Part shown: positions 33,660 through 44,700 of the stretch, piece by piece
Layout: every line of letters begins with the position of its first letter
How positions within the stretch are numbered: the stretch's first letter is position 1
Assembly: GCA_965209155.1 (NCBI GenBank)
Contig: OZ242383.1
Span: 608,001 to 672,000, forward strand
Direction of reading: 5' to 3'
Source of the DNA: a bacterium
GTDB lineage: Bacteria > SAR324 > NAC60-12
Length of the DNA: 64,000 nucleotides
The notes under the pieces: generated by a model
Databases searched by the model: none
What the model saw: only the letters and a program-made list of their open reading frames with translations
Told to the model about the DNA's origin: nothing
Position numbers and translations under genes: made by a program

Positions 33660-33886
33660 AACCCGAGTTCGAGATAAGCATTTAATCAATTCAATATGCT
33701 ATGGAATTTTCAAATCTTAGAGAAATCGTGTCATTCCTGGCTTGATCAGGAATCCAGAGGGAGGAAGCCAGTCTGAAATCCGGATTCCGGGTCTGCGCCT
33801 GGAATGACATGTACACCACTCTTCGCCCGGAATGACATATACACCAGGATTCTCCTATTATTGAAGATTTATGTCGAACTGAGGTT
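33660..33886 (+). mobile_element. MITE family A, full copy (227 bp)
   Basis: TIRs AACCCGAGTTCGAGATAA / TTATGTCGAACTGAGGTT; 4-bp TSD AATG at 33656-33659 and 33887-33890; internal REPs. Confidence 0.85.
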
Positions 33887-35228
33887 AATGACCTCTTGTG
33901 ATCCCATCTTCCTGTTTCAAATGCGTCTGGCAATACAGACAAATGGCCAGGATGAGCAAAACGGCCACTTGCACTTCTCCATCCAGGAAATTATTTTCAA
34001 AAAAACCGGCCACCAGAAATCCCAGGATACCTGCCGTTCCTCCCAGCAAAAGACTGGGGTAAAAAGTCCAATCACGGGTTTTCCGTAAGAGGGTCCAATT
34101 CTGTTTTAGAAGCAGGACCCAGATCAATAAATAGCTGAGCAATGCGAAAATACCTCCGCTGAGCCAGATTTCCAGGTAATTATTGTGTAAGTTCGATTCG
34201 AGACCGGTAATATAGCGATACCCGCTGCGTTTCGTGATGGTTTCTCGGTAGCGTGGCATCACCTCCGCCCTGTTGCCAGCCCCTATCCCCCACCAGGGAT
34301 GATCCCGGATTGCATCCCATCCTGCCTGCCAGATATGGAGTCGCTCCTGGTTGTGTATTGGCATGAATGCGCTGGCAAAGCGTTGCCAGAGCATACCCGT
34401 ATAGGAGTCGGCTTTTTGCGCACTTCTTCCAGTGAGCGTATAGCTGAACAGCATCAGGACGACTACGATACCGCCTGCCACTGCCAGGTAGAGAGGGATC
34501 CGGCGACCAAGACGAAAACTCAAAACACAGACGGCAAACGCAGCGCCAAGCCAGATGCTTCTCGAAAGGGAGAAAACGATCGCGGCCAACATGATCAAGG
34601 CAACCAGGGCATACCATTTTCTGGAACTTCCGGGCAATTCCGTGCAAAGAGCAAGGGCGGCGATCAAGGGGGTCAAAAGAAGCAGGTATCCCCCGTAGGT
34701 CAAAGCGTGGGTGAAATTCCCCCGGGCGCGAAATATAACCTTTGATCCGATTGCGTAAGAGGATTCCAATTGCTGGTCAGGGGGACGCAACCAATCCACT
34801 CCATTGAAAAACTGGATGATTCCGTAAAGGGCGATCAGACATAAAAGAACAGAAAAAAATTGAATCCAGTGGGATAATTTCAGGTGAGCGATACTCAAAC
34901 AGATCACGAAAGGCAAGAACAATCGCCAATTTTCCAAAAGGGCGACACCACTACCGTGCGCGTACGGGGAAAGTAATCCCGCCATCCCCGCGCAGACTAT
35001 AAAAAGCAGGACTGTCCTCCATAAAGCAACAGGCACGCGCCAATAGTGGCGATTCACCATCACGTTCAATAAACAGACTGCATAAAGGCAAACAATGGTT
35101 GCTTCGCTACCGGTTATGGAGAAAGTGCTGAAGAAAGCCAGGCAATAAAGCAGAACTCGCTGGCAGACAGGCGATTTTGTCACGATCGCCTGTCGGATTC
35201 GACCGCTGAGTAAAGGACTCATCGACAT
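33885..35228 (-). CDS. O-antigen ligase (Wzy_C/WaaL) family membrane protein
   Basis: Multiple TM helices, RARGNF.H..TYG, SLSRSIW, ERLHIW, HPWWGIGAGN, LHNNYLE. Confidence 0.85.
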   Translation of the reverse strand: MSMSPLLSGRIRQAIVTKSPVCQRVLLYCLAFFSTFSITGSEATIVCLYAVCLLNVMVNRHYWRVPVALWRTVLLFIVCAGMAGLLSPYAHGSGVALLENWRLFLPFVICLSIAHLKLSHWIQFFSVLLCLIALYGIIQFFNGVDWLRPPDQQLESSYAIGSKVIFRARGNFTHALTYGGYLLLLTPLIAALALCTELPGSSRKWYALVALIMLAAIVFSLSRSIWLGAAFAVCVLSFRLGRRIPLYLAVAGGIVVVLMLFSYTLTGRSAQKADSYTGMLWQRFASAFMPIHNQERLHIWQAGWDAIRDHPWWGIGAGNRAEVMPRYRETITKRSGYRYITGLESNLHNNYLEIWLSGGIFALLSYLLIWVLLLKQNWTLLRKTRDWTFYPSLLLGGTAGILGFLVAGFFENNFLDGEVQVAVLLILAICLYCQTHLKQEDGITRGH

Positions 35229-35259
35229 GAAACGAATGCTCTACCGTACACCCCACGGA

Positions 35260-35766
35260 TCAGCGGCGCCAGGTACAATCCTGGCGAAAACCTTCGGGAC
35301 ATGCCTCCAGGACTTCCCATCGTTTCCCGTCATCGGATGCGGTGTGTAAACACTTCAATAATACGAATTTCGTTTGGTTCGCCGTCTTCCTAGTCCCTTC
35401 GGCATAGGCGAAGGGTATGGTCAGAACAGCACCCACGGCAGCACCCAACAAAGCGCCTTCCACGGACGTCTTATCAAACTCGGGAGCGACTGCGGTTCCT
35501 ACGACGGCTCCAGCTGTGGCAGCTTCCGTTACTCCCGTAATGGTTTGCAGTTCCCCTTCCTGAGCGGCCGTGGTTTGACGATTTGCGGCAGCTTGCCGGC
35601 AAACCGCCAAGGCCCTCGCGTAATATCCCTCTTGGCCTTCAAATACCAACACGGCGGGTTGATACTGACCTGCGCCCAAACCCGTCACATTCACCGTTCC
35701 CGACTGCTGTGCGCCACATCCCACCAGAACGAGCGATACGGCAAGGCTCCATAAATAATTTTTCAT
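35260..35766 (-). CDS. Putative lipoprotein with glycine-zipper-like segment
   Basis: MKNYLWSLAVSLVLVGC lipobox; GAVVG..GALLGAAVG; AGGAG RBS. Confidence 0.65.
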   Translation of the reverse strand: MKNYLWSLAVSLVLVGCGAQQSGTVNVTGLGAGQYQPAVLVFEGQEGYYARALAVCRQAAANRQTTAAQEGELQTITGVTEAATAGAVVGTAVAPEFDKTSVEGALLGAAVGAVLTIPFAYAEGTRKTANQTKFVLLKCLHTASDDGKRWEVLEACPEGFRQDCTWRR

Positions 35767-35853
35767 AGTTTCTCCTAATGACAATTGTTCACTGATCGGG
35801 TTTCAGATTCTAACACGTGAGCGCACGCTTGCCAACATGAAAATTCATCACTG

Positions 35854-35906
35854 ACGTGAATCAGGAATTAAAATACGTGTCATTCCTGGCTTGACCAGGA
35901 ATCCAG
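35854..35906 (+). repeat. ACGTGAATCAGG-capped REP unit; inverted partner of 38354-38405
   Basis: acgtgaatcaggaattaaaatacgtgtcattcctggcttgaccaggaatccag. Confidence 0.7.
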
Positions 35907-35935
35907 GGGATACGGGCGATATTTTGGATGCCGGA

Positions 35936-38125
35936 TCAAGCCTCTTCTTTCGATTTTTCAGTTCGTTCCGTGATCACTTTTTCCTGCAGGTAAGAAGGCA
36001 TTTCCGCGTATTTTTCGAATTCCATGCTAAAAGTGGCTTTTCCCGCGCTCATGGAGCGTAGTTCGGTAGCGTATCCGAACATATCCGAAAGAGGCACTCC
36101 TGCACGGATAACCGTCGTCTCGTCACCGGCTTCCGATGCATAGATCACTCCCCTCCTGGAACTCAAATCCCCGATCACCGTGCCCTGGTATTCGGCTGGA
36201 GTTTCCACTTCGACTTTCATCACCGGTTCCAAAAGAACCGGATTCGCTTTGGATATGGCTTGTTTCATCGCCTCCCGGCAAGCCAGGCGATAAGCCAGGT
36301 CACTGGAATCGACGTCATGGTATTTCCCGTCGGCCAGGGTCACCTTGATGCCGGTGACGGGAAATGCTGCCAGCGGGCCTTTTTCCATCACATCCTGAAA
36401 CCCTTTTTCGCACGCGGGAATATGAACGCCGGGAATCGCGCCGGCAAAAATATCGTTGACGAATTCAAATTCGTTTTCGACTCCTGCCGGCAAAGGCTCG
36501 ATCATGCCACTGACCCCTGCGAACTGACCTGCCCCGCCCGTTTGCTTCTTATGCAGGTAATCGAACTCCGCGGGTCGGCTGATCGCCTCCCGGTAATTGA
36601 CTTGAGGAGCCCCAACCGTGACCTCGACTTTGTATTCGCGCTGAATCCGTTCCAGGTAAATTTCCAGGTGCAACTCTCCCATCCCCGAGATGTGGGTTTC
36701 TCCTGATTCCGCATCCACCCTCACTTTGAAGGTGGGATCTTCGCGCATGAATCGTCCCAGGGCCTTGCTCAACTTCATTTGAGACTCATTGTCTCGAGTA
36801 TCCACTGCCAGGGAAATGACCGGTTCGGAGACATGCATGGATTCACACACCACGTGAATTCCGGAACCGCAAAATGTGTCTCCGGAAGCGCACTCGATGC
36901 CGATCATGGCCACGATGTCACCTGCTGGCGCGCTGTCGATATTTTGCCGGTCATTGGCATGCATGCGCACCATACGCCCGACGCGTATCTTCCTGCCGGT
37001 ACGTACGTTCACGATTTGGTCGCCTTTACGCAAAGTGCCCTGGTAAATCCTCGTATAAGTCAGTTGGCCGAATTGCTCTTCCGTCAGCTTGAATGCTATT
37101 GCCACCAAGGGTAAACGTGGGTCGGGCAACAACCCAAGGCTTTGATTTTCATCCGCAGGAATCTTTCCCGATGTCGGTTCCGCTTCCAGGGGAGACGGCA
37201 AGTAGCGACACACCGCGTCCAAAACCAATTGGACTCCTTTGTTCCTGAACGCCGAACCCACATAGACCGGACAGAGTTGCAGCGACTGCACTCCTTTTCT
37301 GATTGCGGCGTGGATCGCTTCTTCGCAGATTTCTTTTTCTTCCAGCCAATCCTCCATCAGTTGGTCGTCGAACATGGAAACCGCTTCCAGCATCTCGCTC
37401 CGCTTCTCCCCGGCTCTCTCCATCAAGTCTGCCGGAATCGCTCCCAGTCGCAATTTTTCTCCCCGGGTTCCTTCAAAATAAATGGCATTCATGGAAACCA
37501 GGTCCACCACCCCTCGATGTTCCTCCTCCAGACCTATGGGAATCTGCATAGCCACCGCATTCAATTGCAGGATCTCGCAAAGGTCTTCGATCACCCGTTC
37601 GGGATCAGCGCCCCGGCGGTCCAATTTGTTGATGAAAGCAAGCCGGGGCACCCGGTAGCGCTTCATCTGGCGGTCCACCGTGATCGATTGCGATTGTACT
37701 CCCGCCACCCCGCAAAGCACCATGATCGCTCCGTCCAACACTCGTAAGGAACGCTCCACTTCCACTGTGAAGTCCACGTGTCCCGGCGTGTCGATGATGT
37801 TGACGTTGTGTCCTTTCCAGAAAACGGTGGTGGCAGCGGAGGTGATGGTGATCCCCTTCTCCTTCTCCAAATCCATATGATCCATCGTAGCGCCGGTTCC
37901 TCCACCACGCACTTCCCCGATCTTGTGAATTTTCCCCGCATAATACAAAATGCGCTCGGTCAAAGTGGTCTTGCCACTGTCGATGTGGGCGGATATGCCG
38001 ATGTTTTTCATCCGTCCCGTGATTTTTTGCGGATTTTCGTTGGACGGAAGAATTTCACTCTTCGATCTCTCATTGCCGTGTTGAATATAAGATCGGGAAA
38101 GAATTGCCTCTACTTGATTTTCCAT
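35936..38125 (-). CDS. fusA: Elongation factor G (spdEFG1/mtEFG1-like type); start may lie further downstream
   Basis: [55 protein letters not shown]. Confidence 0.95.
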   Translation of the reverse strand: MENQVEAILSRSYIQHGNERSKSEILPSNENPQKITGRMKNIGISAHIDSGKTTLTERILYYAGKIHKIGEVRGGGTGATMDHMDLEKEKGITITSAATTVFWKGHNVNIIDTPGHVDFTVEVERSLRVLDGAIMVLCGVAGVQSQSITVDRQMKRYRVPRLAFINKLDRRGADPERVIEDLCEILQLNAVAMQIPIGLEEEHRGVVDLVSMNAIYFEGTRGEKLRLGAIPADLMERAGEKRSEMLEAVSMFDDQLMEDWLEEKEICEEAIHAAIRKGVQSLQLCPVYVGSAFRNKGVQLVLDAVCRYLPSPLEAEPTSGKIPADENQSLGLLPDPRLPLVAIAFKLTEEQFGQLTYTRIYQGTLRKGDQIVNVRTGRKIRVGRMVRMHANDRQNIDSAPAGDIVAMIGIECASGDTFCGSGIHVVCESMHVSEPVISLAVDTRDNESQMKLSKALGRFMREDPTFKVRVDAESGETHISGMGELHLEIYLERIQREYKVEVTVGAPQVNYREAISRPAEFDYLHKKQTGGAGQFAGVSGMIEPLPAGVENEFEFVNDIFAGAIPGVHIPACEKGFQDVMEKGPLAAFPVTGIKVTLADGKYHDVDSSDLAYRLACREAMKQAISKANPVLLEPVMKVEVETPAEYQGTVIGDLSSRRGVIYASEAGDETTVIRAGVPLSDMFGYATELRSMSAGKATFSMEFEKYAEMPSYLQEKVITERTEKSKEEA

Positions 38126-38200
38126 GCTTTTTTGCTCTTGATTATGCGAATCAGAAGTTGAAATTTAATTTATAAAATCAATACTTTAATATTTATGATT

Positions 38201-38405
38201 TGTCATCCTGGTACCGGATCCCCCTGGATTCCTGCTCAAGCCAGGAAGGACACAATGATTGGTCTTCCTGGTCCCAGATCATTCTGGTACCGGATCAGGT
38301 CCGGGATAGTCCGGTATCCGGGTTTCGCGTTGGATTACAGCCTCCGCATATCACTGGATTCCTGCTCAAGCCAAGAAGGACACCTTTTTAACTCCTGATT
38401 CACGT
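38201..38405. repeat. Cluster of REP-like palindromes in the fusA upstream region
   Basis: ctggattcctgctcaagccaggaaggac twice, tggtaccggatc repeats, terminal cctgattcacgt. Confidence 0.7.
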
Positions 38406-38427
38406 TCATGATTTACAATGTCGAATG

Positions 38428-38546
38428 TTATTGACCTGGCAGTCACACTCATCGCGAGGGAGTCGGACGGTTCCTGTAGCGCAGTCAGCTGGTGGGTCTC
38501 ACGCCTGCGTATTCCTCTTCACCGATAATTGAGTTGCTTCACTCAA
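38428..38546 (-). promoter_or_regulatory. Putative fusA leader: hairpin, RBS and short uORF
   Basis: TTGAGT/ACTCAA hairpin, GAGGA, then GTG AGA CCC ACC AGC TGA followed by further in-frame TGA codons. Confidence 0.35.
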
Positions 38547-38725
38547 CGAAAAAAGGTAAACTTTATTTTATCTCTTAAAATCCTGAGCTTTGCAAGCTTT
38601 TTCTCATAGTATGATGCAATTCTTCCAGGAGCTCCCCACCTGCAATGGTTTACCGGGTCGTACGCCGGGAGTAAACCAAACTGCAGGGAGAGATCTTCGA
38701 GAAAGGGAGATCGGAGGAACGGATC

Positions 38726-39089
38726 ACGGAGCCTGTCACATAGTCGCTGGTGATAAAATCGCCGGAGGAAAGTCCGGGCAACAGAGGGCAGGATGCTGGT
38801 TAACGACCAGGCAGCGTGAGCTGACGGAAAGTGCAACAGAAAACAAACCGCCGATGGCTGGTAACAGCACAGGCAAGGGTGAAAAGGCAGGGTAAGAGCC
38901 TACCACGGCTTTGGTGACAGGGCCGGTAATGAAAACCCCATCCGTTGCAAGTCCAAATAGAACCGTGTCGAAGATGGCCCGTCAAGCGGTTGGGTAGGAC
39001 GCTAGAGGTTTCTGGCAACAGGAATCCCAGATAAATGACTATGGCTTGCCGCCAGGCAGGAACAGAACCCGGCTTATTACAGGCTCCGT
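38726..39089 (+). ncRNA. rnpB: RNase P RNA (type A)
   Basis: GAGGAAAGTCCGGGC, GAAAGTGCAACAGAAA, AGGGTGAAA.G..GGTAAGAGC, ACAGAACCCGGCTTAT; terminal helix ACGGAGCCTGT/ACAGGCTCCGT. Confidence 0.96.
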
Positions 39090-39135
39090 CCATCAGGCAT
39101 GGCAATCGCGCTTCTTTGCCGCAATTGCCGGAAAT

Positions 39136-40692
39136 TCAAGAACGTGGTACGGCTTTCAAGGCAAGAAACGAGGCCGGGGAATTGTTTCTCAGGGCGTATT
39201 TTTGGAGGGATGCGGGTAAAAGCAAACCTTTTGCCGCATGCAGAATTTCATTTCGTCCTGATTGGCTTTCTTTTGAAGTGGCTATCCTGTTACCAGAATG
39301 CAGCAATTCACCTTCTCCTTCGACTCCAACCCATAAATGATAATCGTCGCCTGTATCGTCGGAATATTCGCCACCCGGCCGGATGAGGATCCGTTCCACT
39401 GAAAAATCCGGAAAATCCACTATCCGCTCTTTTTGCCACTCTTCCGTTTTTTCCAAATCCTGCAAAGCAGGGCATTGATAGACTTCAGGCTTCAACAACG
39501 AAAGCGCTTTTTCCGTATCCCAATGATCCTGGGTGAGCACTTTCTGCCCGGACATCAGTATCAGCCTTTCATAGTGAGGCGTTTGAAATTCAATGACGCG
39601 AATTCCATGCTGCAAGCTATGCACGTGGTAAGGGGGAAAGGTAATGAGGTCTCCCGTTCTCACCGGGTGATCTCCCACGTAATGATACAGCTCTTCACGA
39701 AGTCTTTTTTCTTCATTTTGCAATGAAAACGGGACTTTTTTCAGAAATTGCGAAGCGCTCTCGGGAGGTAAAGGAAGAGAAGGGTCGCAGTGAGTTTCTT
39801 TTTTCATTTCATCCAGCAAGCGGTCGATTCGGCGACGGGTCTTTTCGTATGCGGCAATCGACCTTTCAAAATCCTTCAGGTAGGGGGCGAGCCAGTTTTT
39901 TCCACGACTTTGCCGGTACGATTTCACTTTCTGCGGATGCAATCCTGCTTTGATGATGCCAACTCCCGAAGGCCAGGCAAGCGGATCGACCTTCGTCACC
40001 AGGTACACCTCCCATTTTTTTTCATGCATTTCCAGGTAGAGGTCTCCCAAGGACTTGTGAGGCGCAGGATTCAATGATTTCAGCAATATCAGTTGCTCCG
40101 CATGTTTCCGCAAGTAGCGCTGACGAAAGAGGGACAAGGCGTAAGGCAATTCACTGGAACCTTCGATGGTTTTTATACGAGCCACACCCCTTTTCTCGAC
40201 CCCCGTGTACCATTCTTCATATCCCCAAGGTTTGGGGATATGCGCTGTTTGCAAGGAAAGTGGTTGCGCAGAACTCAACAGCGCCGCTCGATGATGAATT
40301 GCAATTGCTTGCATGGGCGCCCTCATGTTTTTCTGCAACATTTGCGCGATTTCGCTTGCGGATTGAAACGAGTCTTTCCAGACGCAACCCTCGATCAGGG
40401 GCGAATCCCTGTGAAAAGACAAGAGTTCCTGGAATTCTTGCCGGACAACCGGTTCTCGCCACCATTCCTCCCGGCTGCGTCCGAAGAGCAGAAAGAACTG
40501 CGCAATGGCGTGGTTTCGCATCCACTCGCGAATGAAGGGAGCAAACGAAGCGCCTTCTGTTTTTACCGCCTCTTCCTCCCCTTTGAGATCCATTTCGAGG
40601 AATGCGAAGTCAGTGCTCATCTGACGTGGAGAGCCCGGCTGAATCCGTTGCCGGTGCGCGTTCCAGAGCGCGGTTACGAATGGGTCGGGCAT
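39136..40692 (-). CDS. Cupin-fold protein, distantly similar to type I mannose-6-phosphate isomerase
   Basis: IPKPWG.EEW, ILLKSL, DLYLEMHE, HVHSLQHGIRVIEFQTPHYER. Confidence 0.55.
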   Translation of the reverse strand: MPDPFVTALWNAHRQRIQPGSPRQMSTDFAFLEMDLKGEEEAVKTEGASFAPFIREWMRNHAIAQFFLLFGRSREEWWREPVVRQEFQELLSFHRDSPLIEGCVWKDSFQSASEIAQMLQKNMRAPMQAIAIHHRAALLSSAQPLSLQTAHIPKPWGYEEWYTGVEKRGVARIKTIEGSSELPYALSLFRQRYLRKHAEQLILLKSLNPAPHKSLGDLYLEMHEKKWEVYLVTKVDPLAWPSGVGIIKAGLHPQKVKSYRQSRGKNWLAPYLKDFERSIAAYEKTRRRIDRLLDEMKKETHCDPSLPLPPESASQFLKKVPFSLQNEEKRLREELYHYVGDHPVRTGDLITFPPYHVHSLQHGIRVIEFQTPHYERLILMSGQKVLTQDHWDTEKALSLLKPEVYQCPALQDLEKTEEWQKERIVDFPDFSVERILIRPGGEYSDDTGDDYHLWVGVEGEGELLHSGNRIATSKESQSGRNEILHAAKGLLLPASLQKYALRNNSPASFLALKAVPRS

Positions 40693-40742
40693 GGTTCGAT
40701 CGCCTCTTTTAAGAAAAAATAGTGCTGCAACGAGCGGGTTGT

Positions 40743-41729
40743 TTAAAACAAATCGGGCTCGAGAGTATAGTTTCGCAACGCATGCGCGGTTCTTGAAGAC
40801 AGGGGAGACAAAAAGTAAGACAAGGTCGCTACTTCATTGCCGGGAAGGGCGTACCGGGAAACGAACTCCAGCGAAACGTTGCGCGAGTGAGGTCCCGGCT
40901 TTTCTTTCAACCGCCTGTGGTTTTCGATAGGCTCTTCAGCCTGAACAGCCACGCTGCCCATATCTTGCAAGGCCACCCGACTCAGGATTTGCCGGGACGC
41001 GGATTCATTGGGATTCAAAATCCGCACGCGACGTCCCAATACCTGAAAAGCCTTTTCAAACAATTTTACCCGGAAGCCATAGTGGGTACACCCCAAAAAT
41101 GCGTGAAGATCGGTGAATGCATCCGGCATTCGCGACAACGCTTTTTCGACAAAGCGCGAGATAGCCTGGTAGACCTCTTTTCCCTGAAGGTCATTGGATA
41201 TCAGGGTGGCCACCCCCGGAAGCGCTTGAGCGACGATACGATGTCGGGAAATGCCGGCTTTCTCCAGTTGACCGGAATAAATTGATTCTTCGATGGTGGT
41301 TTCTGCCGCGAAAACTATGACTGCGGATGAAGGATTGCGGGCAAGGTGTTGCGTAATCTGGGCCATTCCCAGAGGAACCATTCCAGCCAGTCTCTCGCCC
41401 AACCCCCGGGATTGCTTCTCCCGGAAAAAAGACGTTTCGTCCAGCAAGACGGAAAGGGTGTGGCATGCGATGAAAATGAAATCGCTTTGATAGCATTTCT
41501 CGATTCCCGAGAGGACTTTGTCGAAAAAAAAGATTTTTTGTTCCCTGCTTTCCATTTGATTGAACCCCCAATCATTTTCAGGAGCCGCATTGATATATTT
41601 GATTTCTATGGAAGTGACGTCCTGGTCGTTGCGCTGTATCGCGTGGACCGGGCCATCAAAAAGACCCTGGACCAGCAAGGCGCAGATGGACAGCCCCCCC
41701 AAACCGGAATCGACAATGGCGATTTTCAT
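40743..41729 (-). CDS. murI: Glutamate/aspartate racemase family protein
   Basis: IVDSGLGGLS, IACHTLS and LGCTHY (two catalytic Cys). Confidence 0.75.
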   Translation of the reverse strand: MKIAIVDSGLGGLSICALLVQGLFDGPVHAIQRNDQDVTSIEIKYINAAPENDWGFNQMESREQKIFFFDKVLSGIEKCYQSDFIFIACHTLSVLLDETSFFREKQSRGLGERLAGMVPLGMAQITQHLARNPSSAVIVFAAETTIEESIYSGQLEKAGISRHRIVAQALPGVATLISNDLQGKEVYQAISRFVEKALSRMPDAFTDLHAFLGCTHYGFRVKLFEKAFQVLGRRVRILNPNESASRQILSRVALQDMGSVAVQAEEPIENHRRLKEKPGPHSRNVSLEFVSRYALPGNEVATLSYFLSPLSSRTAHALRNYTLEPDLF

Positions 41730-41731
41730 TT

Positions 41732-44700
41732 TCAGTTCGTCATGCCTGTAGCATCTTGAAATTCGACCGAGACCATTTTGGACACTCCAGGTTCTTCCAT
41801 GGTCACTCCATAAAGCCGGTGTCCGATTTCCATGGTCTTCTTGTTGTGCGTGATAATAATGAACTGCGATTCCTCCACCAGTTGTTGAATCATCACATTG
41901 AAACGCCTGACGTTGATATCGTCTAAAGGCGCATCCACTTCATCCAGTAAGCAAAAAGGACTGGGTTTGATCAAAAAAATCGCGAAAATGAGCGAGATGG
42001 CGGTCAGGGCTTTTTCACCTCCGGAAAGCAGGTTCATGTGCTGTAATTTCTTTCCGGGAGGCTGGGCGATGATCTGAATGCCGGATTCCAGCACGTCATC
42101 GCCCTCCGTTAAAATCATACGGGCCTCGCCTCCTTCGAACAAAGTGGTGAAGGTCTCTTTGAAATAATGATTGACCTGGTCGAAGGTTTCCTGAAATCGT
42201 TGGCGGGATTCCACGTTGATTTCTCGAATGGATTGCTTCAGGTCATCCATCGCCCGCTCTAAGTCCGTGGACTGCTGTTCCAGAAATTGGATTCTTTCCT
42301 GAAGGGCTGCGTGTTCTTCCGGAGCGGCCAGGTTGACTTGGGACATTTCATTCAATTTAACCCGCATTTTCTTCAACTGTCCCGCCACCTGGTGCTCATC
42401 GAGGTCTTCAAGATCGAGTTGTTCAATCACTTGCTGTGGAGAATGGTCGTATGCATCGAGCATTTCTTGTTCGATTTGTTCACGCCTCATTCGTTGTTCG
42501 CTTGCTTGCAAGCTGGATTGATGGATTTTTGTCAACAATTGATCCAATTCTTGCGTCAACTCCTGTAAAGCTTTGCTGGAGTGGGATTGTTTTTCCCTCA
42601 ATTGCTCATGGCTTTGCGATTCTTCGTTCAAACGGGCTTTCAATGACTCTCTTGATTGCAGGAAGGTCTCGAAATGGTTATCGACGTCCTCAATGATCTC
42701 GCGGCTCCTGTTGATTTTTTCCGTAATTTCCCGCTGGGAGTTCGTCAGAACCTCTATCCGTTTCAGACATTCCGTTGATTCCTCTTGAAGTCGTTGCGCC
42801 CGTTCTTCACCAGTCTTCAACTGTTCGTGGGTTTCCGTCAGGTTCACCCGGGTGGTGAGCAACGTCTCCGAGATTTTCTCCACTGTCTCCTGTTGCGCCT
42901 TGATCGATTCCTGGTGCTCTTTCATATTCCTTTCAAGTTGTAGTCGTTCTTTTTCGAAACAGGTCAATTTCGCATCGACGTCCTGCTTGTCATTTTCGAT
43001 TTTTTCAATTTCCCGCCGCAGTTGCTCCTGGTCTGCTTCGAGCTGTTCACCGAGTTGTAAGGCGCGCCGGTGTTCGAGTTGATCGAATTCCAGTTCTTTA
43101 CGCAGTTGCGACAATTCCACTTCCAGTTCATGCTGCTGATTTTTTTTCCGGGCAATGCTTACGCTCTTTTTTTCCTCCTCATCTTTGAGGATCGTTTTCT
43201 CCCGTGTGGAGTGAGTGACTTCTTTTTGCAAATCCGCTGCTGCCCGGCCCAGTCTTTCGATTTCGTTTTTGCGCTTCAGGAAACCCAAGGACGTTTGCTG
43301 CGGCTCTCCAATTTTGACGATCCCCTGCCGCGTGTAAAAATTCCCTTGTGGTGAAATCCATTCGATCGTCGTCTCGTGCGGAGGACGGGTCTGCCATGCT
43401 TCCTCGCTTTCTACCAGGAAAATTCGGCTGAAAAATCCCCGAGCGAGTGTATTGGCGGCATTGCCGTCGAGCGGGTCGCCAAACTCCATTAAATCCGACA
43501 AAGGAATACCAGGCAATGCTTCCGCACTGGTGTATTGCTTCAAACGGTCCAGGGCGATAAATCCCAAACGTCCTATTTCATGCTGCCGGCAGAAATTTTC
43601 GATATCTTCTAAAAACTCTGATTTTTCCACCAACAACAAATCCAGGTAATCCACCAGACCCGGAGCGATTTTAGCGAAATGGGATGCTTCGACGTCCAGA
43701 AACTCTGCCAGCGCACCATATATTCCCAGTCGCTTTTTTTCTTGCGGGAATTCTTTCAACAACGTCAGGAACGATTTCACGCTTTCATCCAGGTCTTCAT
43801 ATCGATCCTGTATGGTTTGCAGGGATTCAAGTTGAGAAGACGTCGTTTGAAAACGGTATTGCGTCTCCTGCAACCGCCTCTCCTGGTCCGCCATTTTCAG
43901 CAGGTGATCCGAATACGCTGCTTGCAATTCGCTCAGGGAGCGTCCGGCTTTTTTTTGCTTATTTTGCAGACGGTCGACCTTTCCCTCGTTTTCAGACACT
44001 TTCGCTCGCGTTTCACCCAAGTGCGCCGCATTGCTCCTTTCCTGTTCCTCGAGGCGGATACCCCGGTCTTTAACGCCTTCCATGCGATCTTGCAAAAATG
44101 CTTTTTGATTGCCGTGGTTGGTCAATCGAGTGTGAACGGCAAGGAGTTGTCTTTGAAAATCCTGCATAGCCCCATTCAAATCCTGCAGGACGGTTCCTTC
44201 TTCCTCACGTGATCGATCGATGCGGTCGATCTCTCCCTGAAGTTGCTCATACTGGTTTTTCAAAAGAGCCCCATCCTCTTTTATACGGATTTGCTCCTCC
44301 CCGGTGATGCCGGCCTTGTTTTGCAAGGCGTCTTGTTCTCGTCTTTGTTCGCGTATCCATTCTTCATAATTTTGCAGGTTCTGCCGTTCCAGTATGCGTT
44401 TGTTGTCTTTTTCCTGGATTTCCCTTTCTATTTGAAATACTTCTTCACGCAGGTCCTCCAATTGGGCCTCGTGTTCGCTCATTTCCCGTGAGAGCTGTTC
44501 CAGCCCACCTTCCCAGGAATCGCGATCTTGCAGCAATACGGACTGACGTTGTTCTAGCCGGCTCTTGATGCTTTGCGATTGTTTTTCCTGCTGCCACGTC
44601 CTTTGCCATTTCAAGGCCAGCAGTTGACGGTCGGTCTGCTCAGTTTGTTTTTTCAACTCGAGGAACTGATTCGCTTTTTCTGTCTGTTCTCGCAGGATTT

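Noticed and set aside
38543..39105. ORFs overlapping rnpB, and similarly 33430-33942 over the tRNAs and MITE
   Set aside because: Explained by RNA genes and repeats
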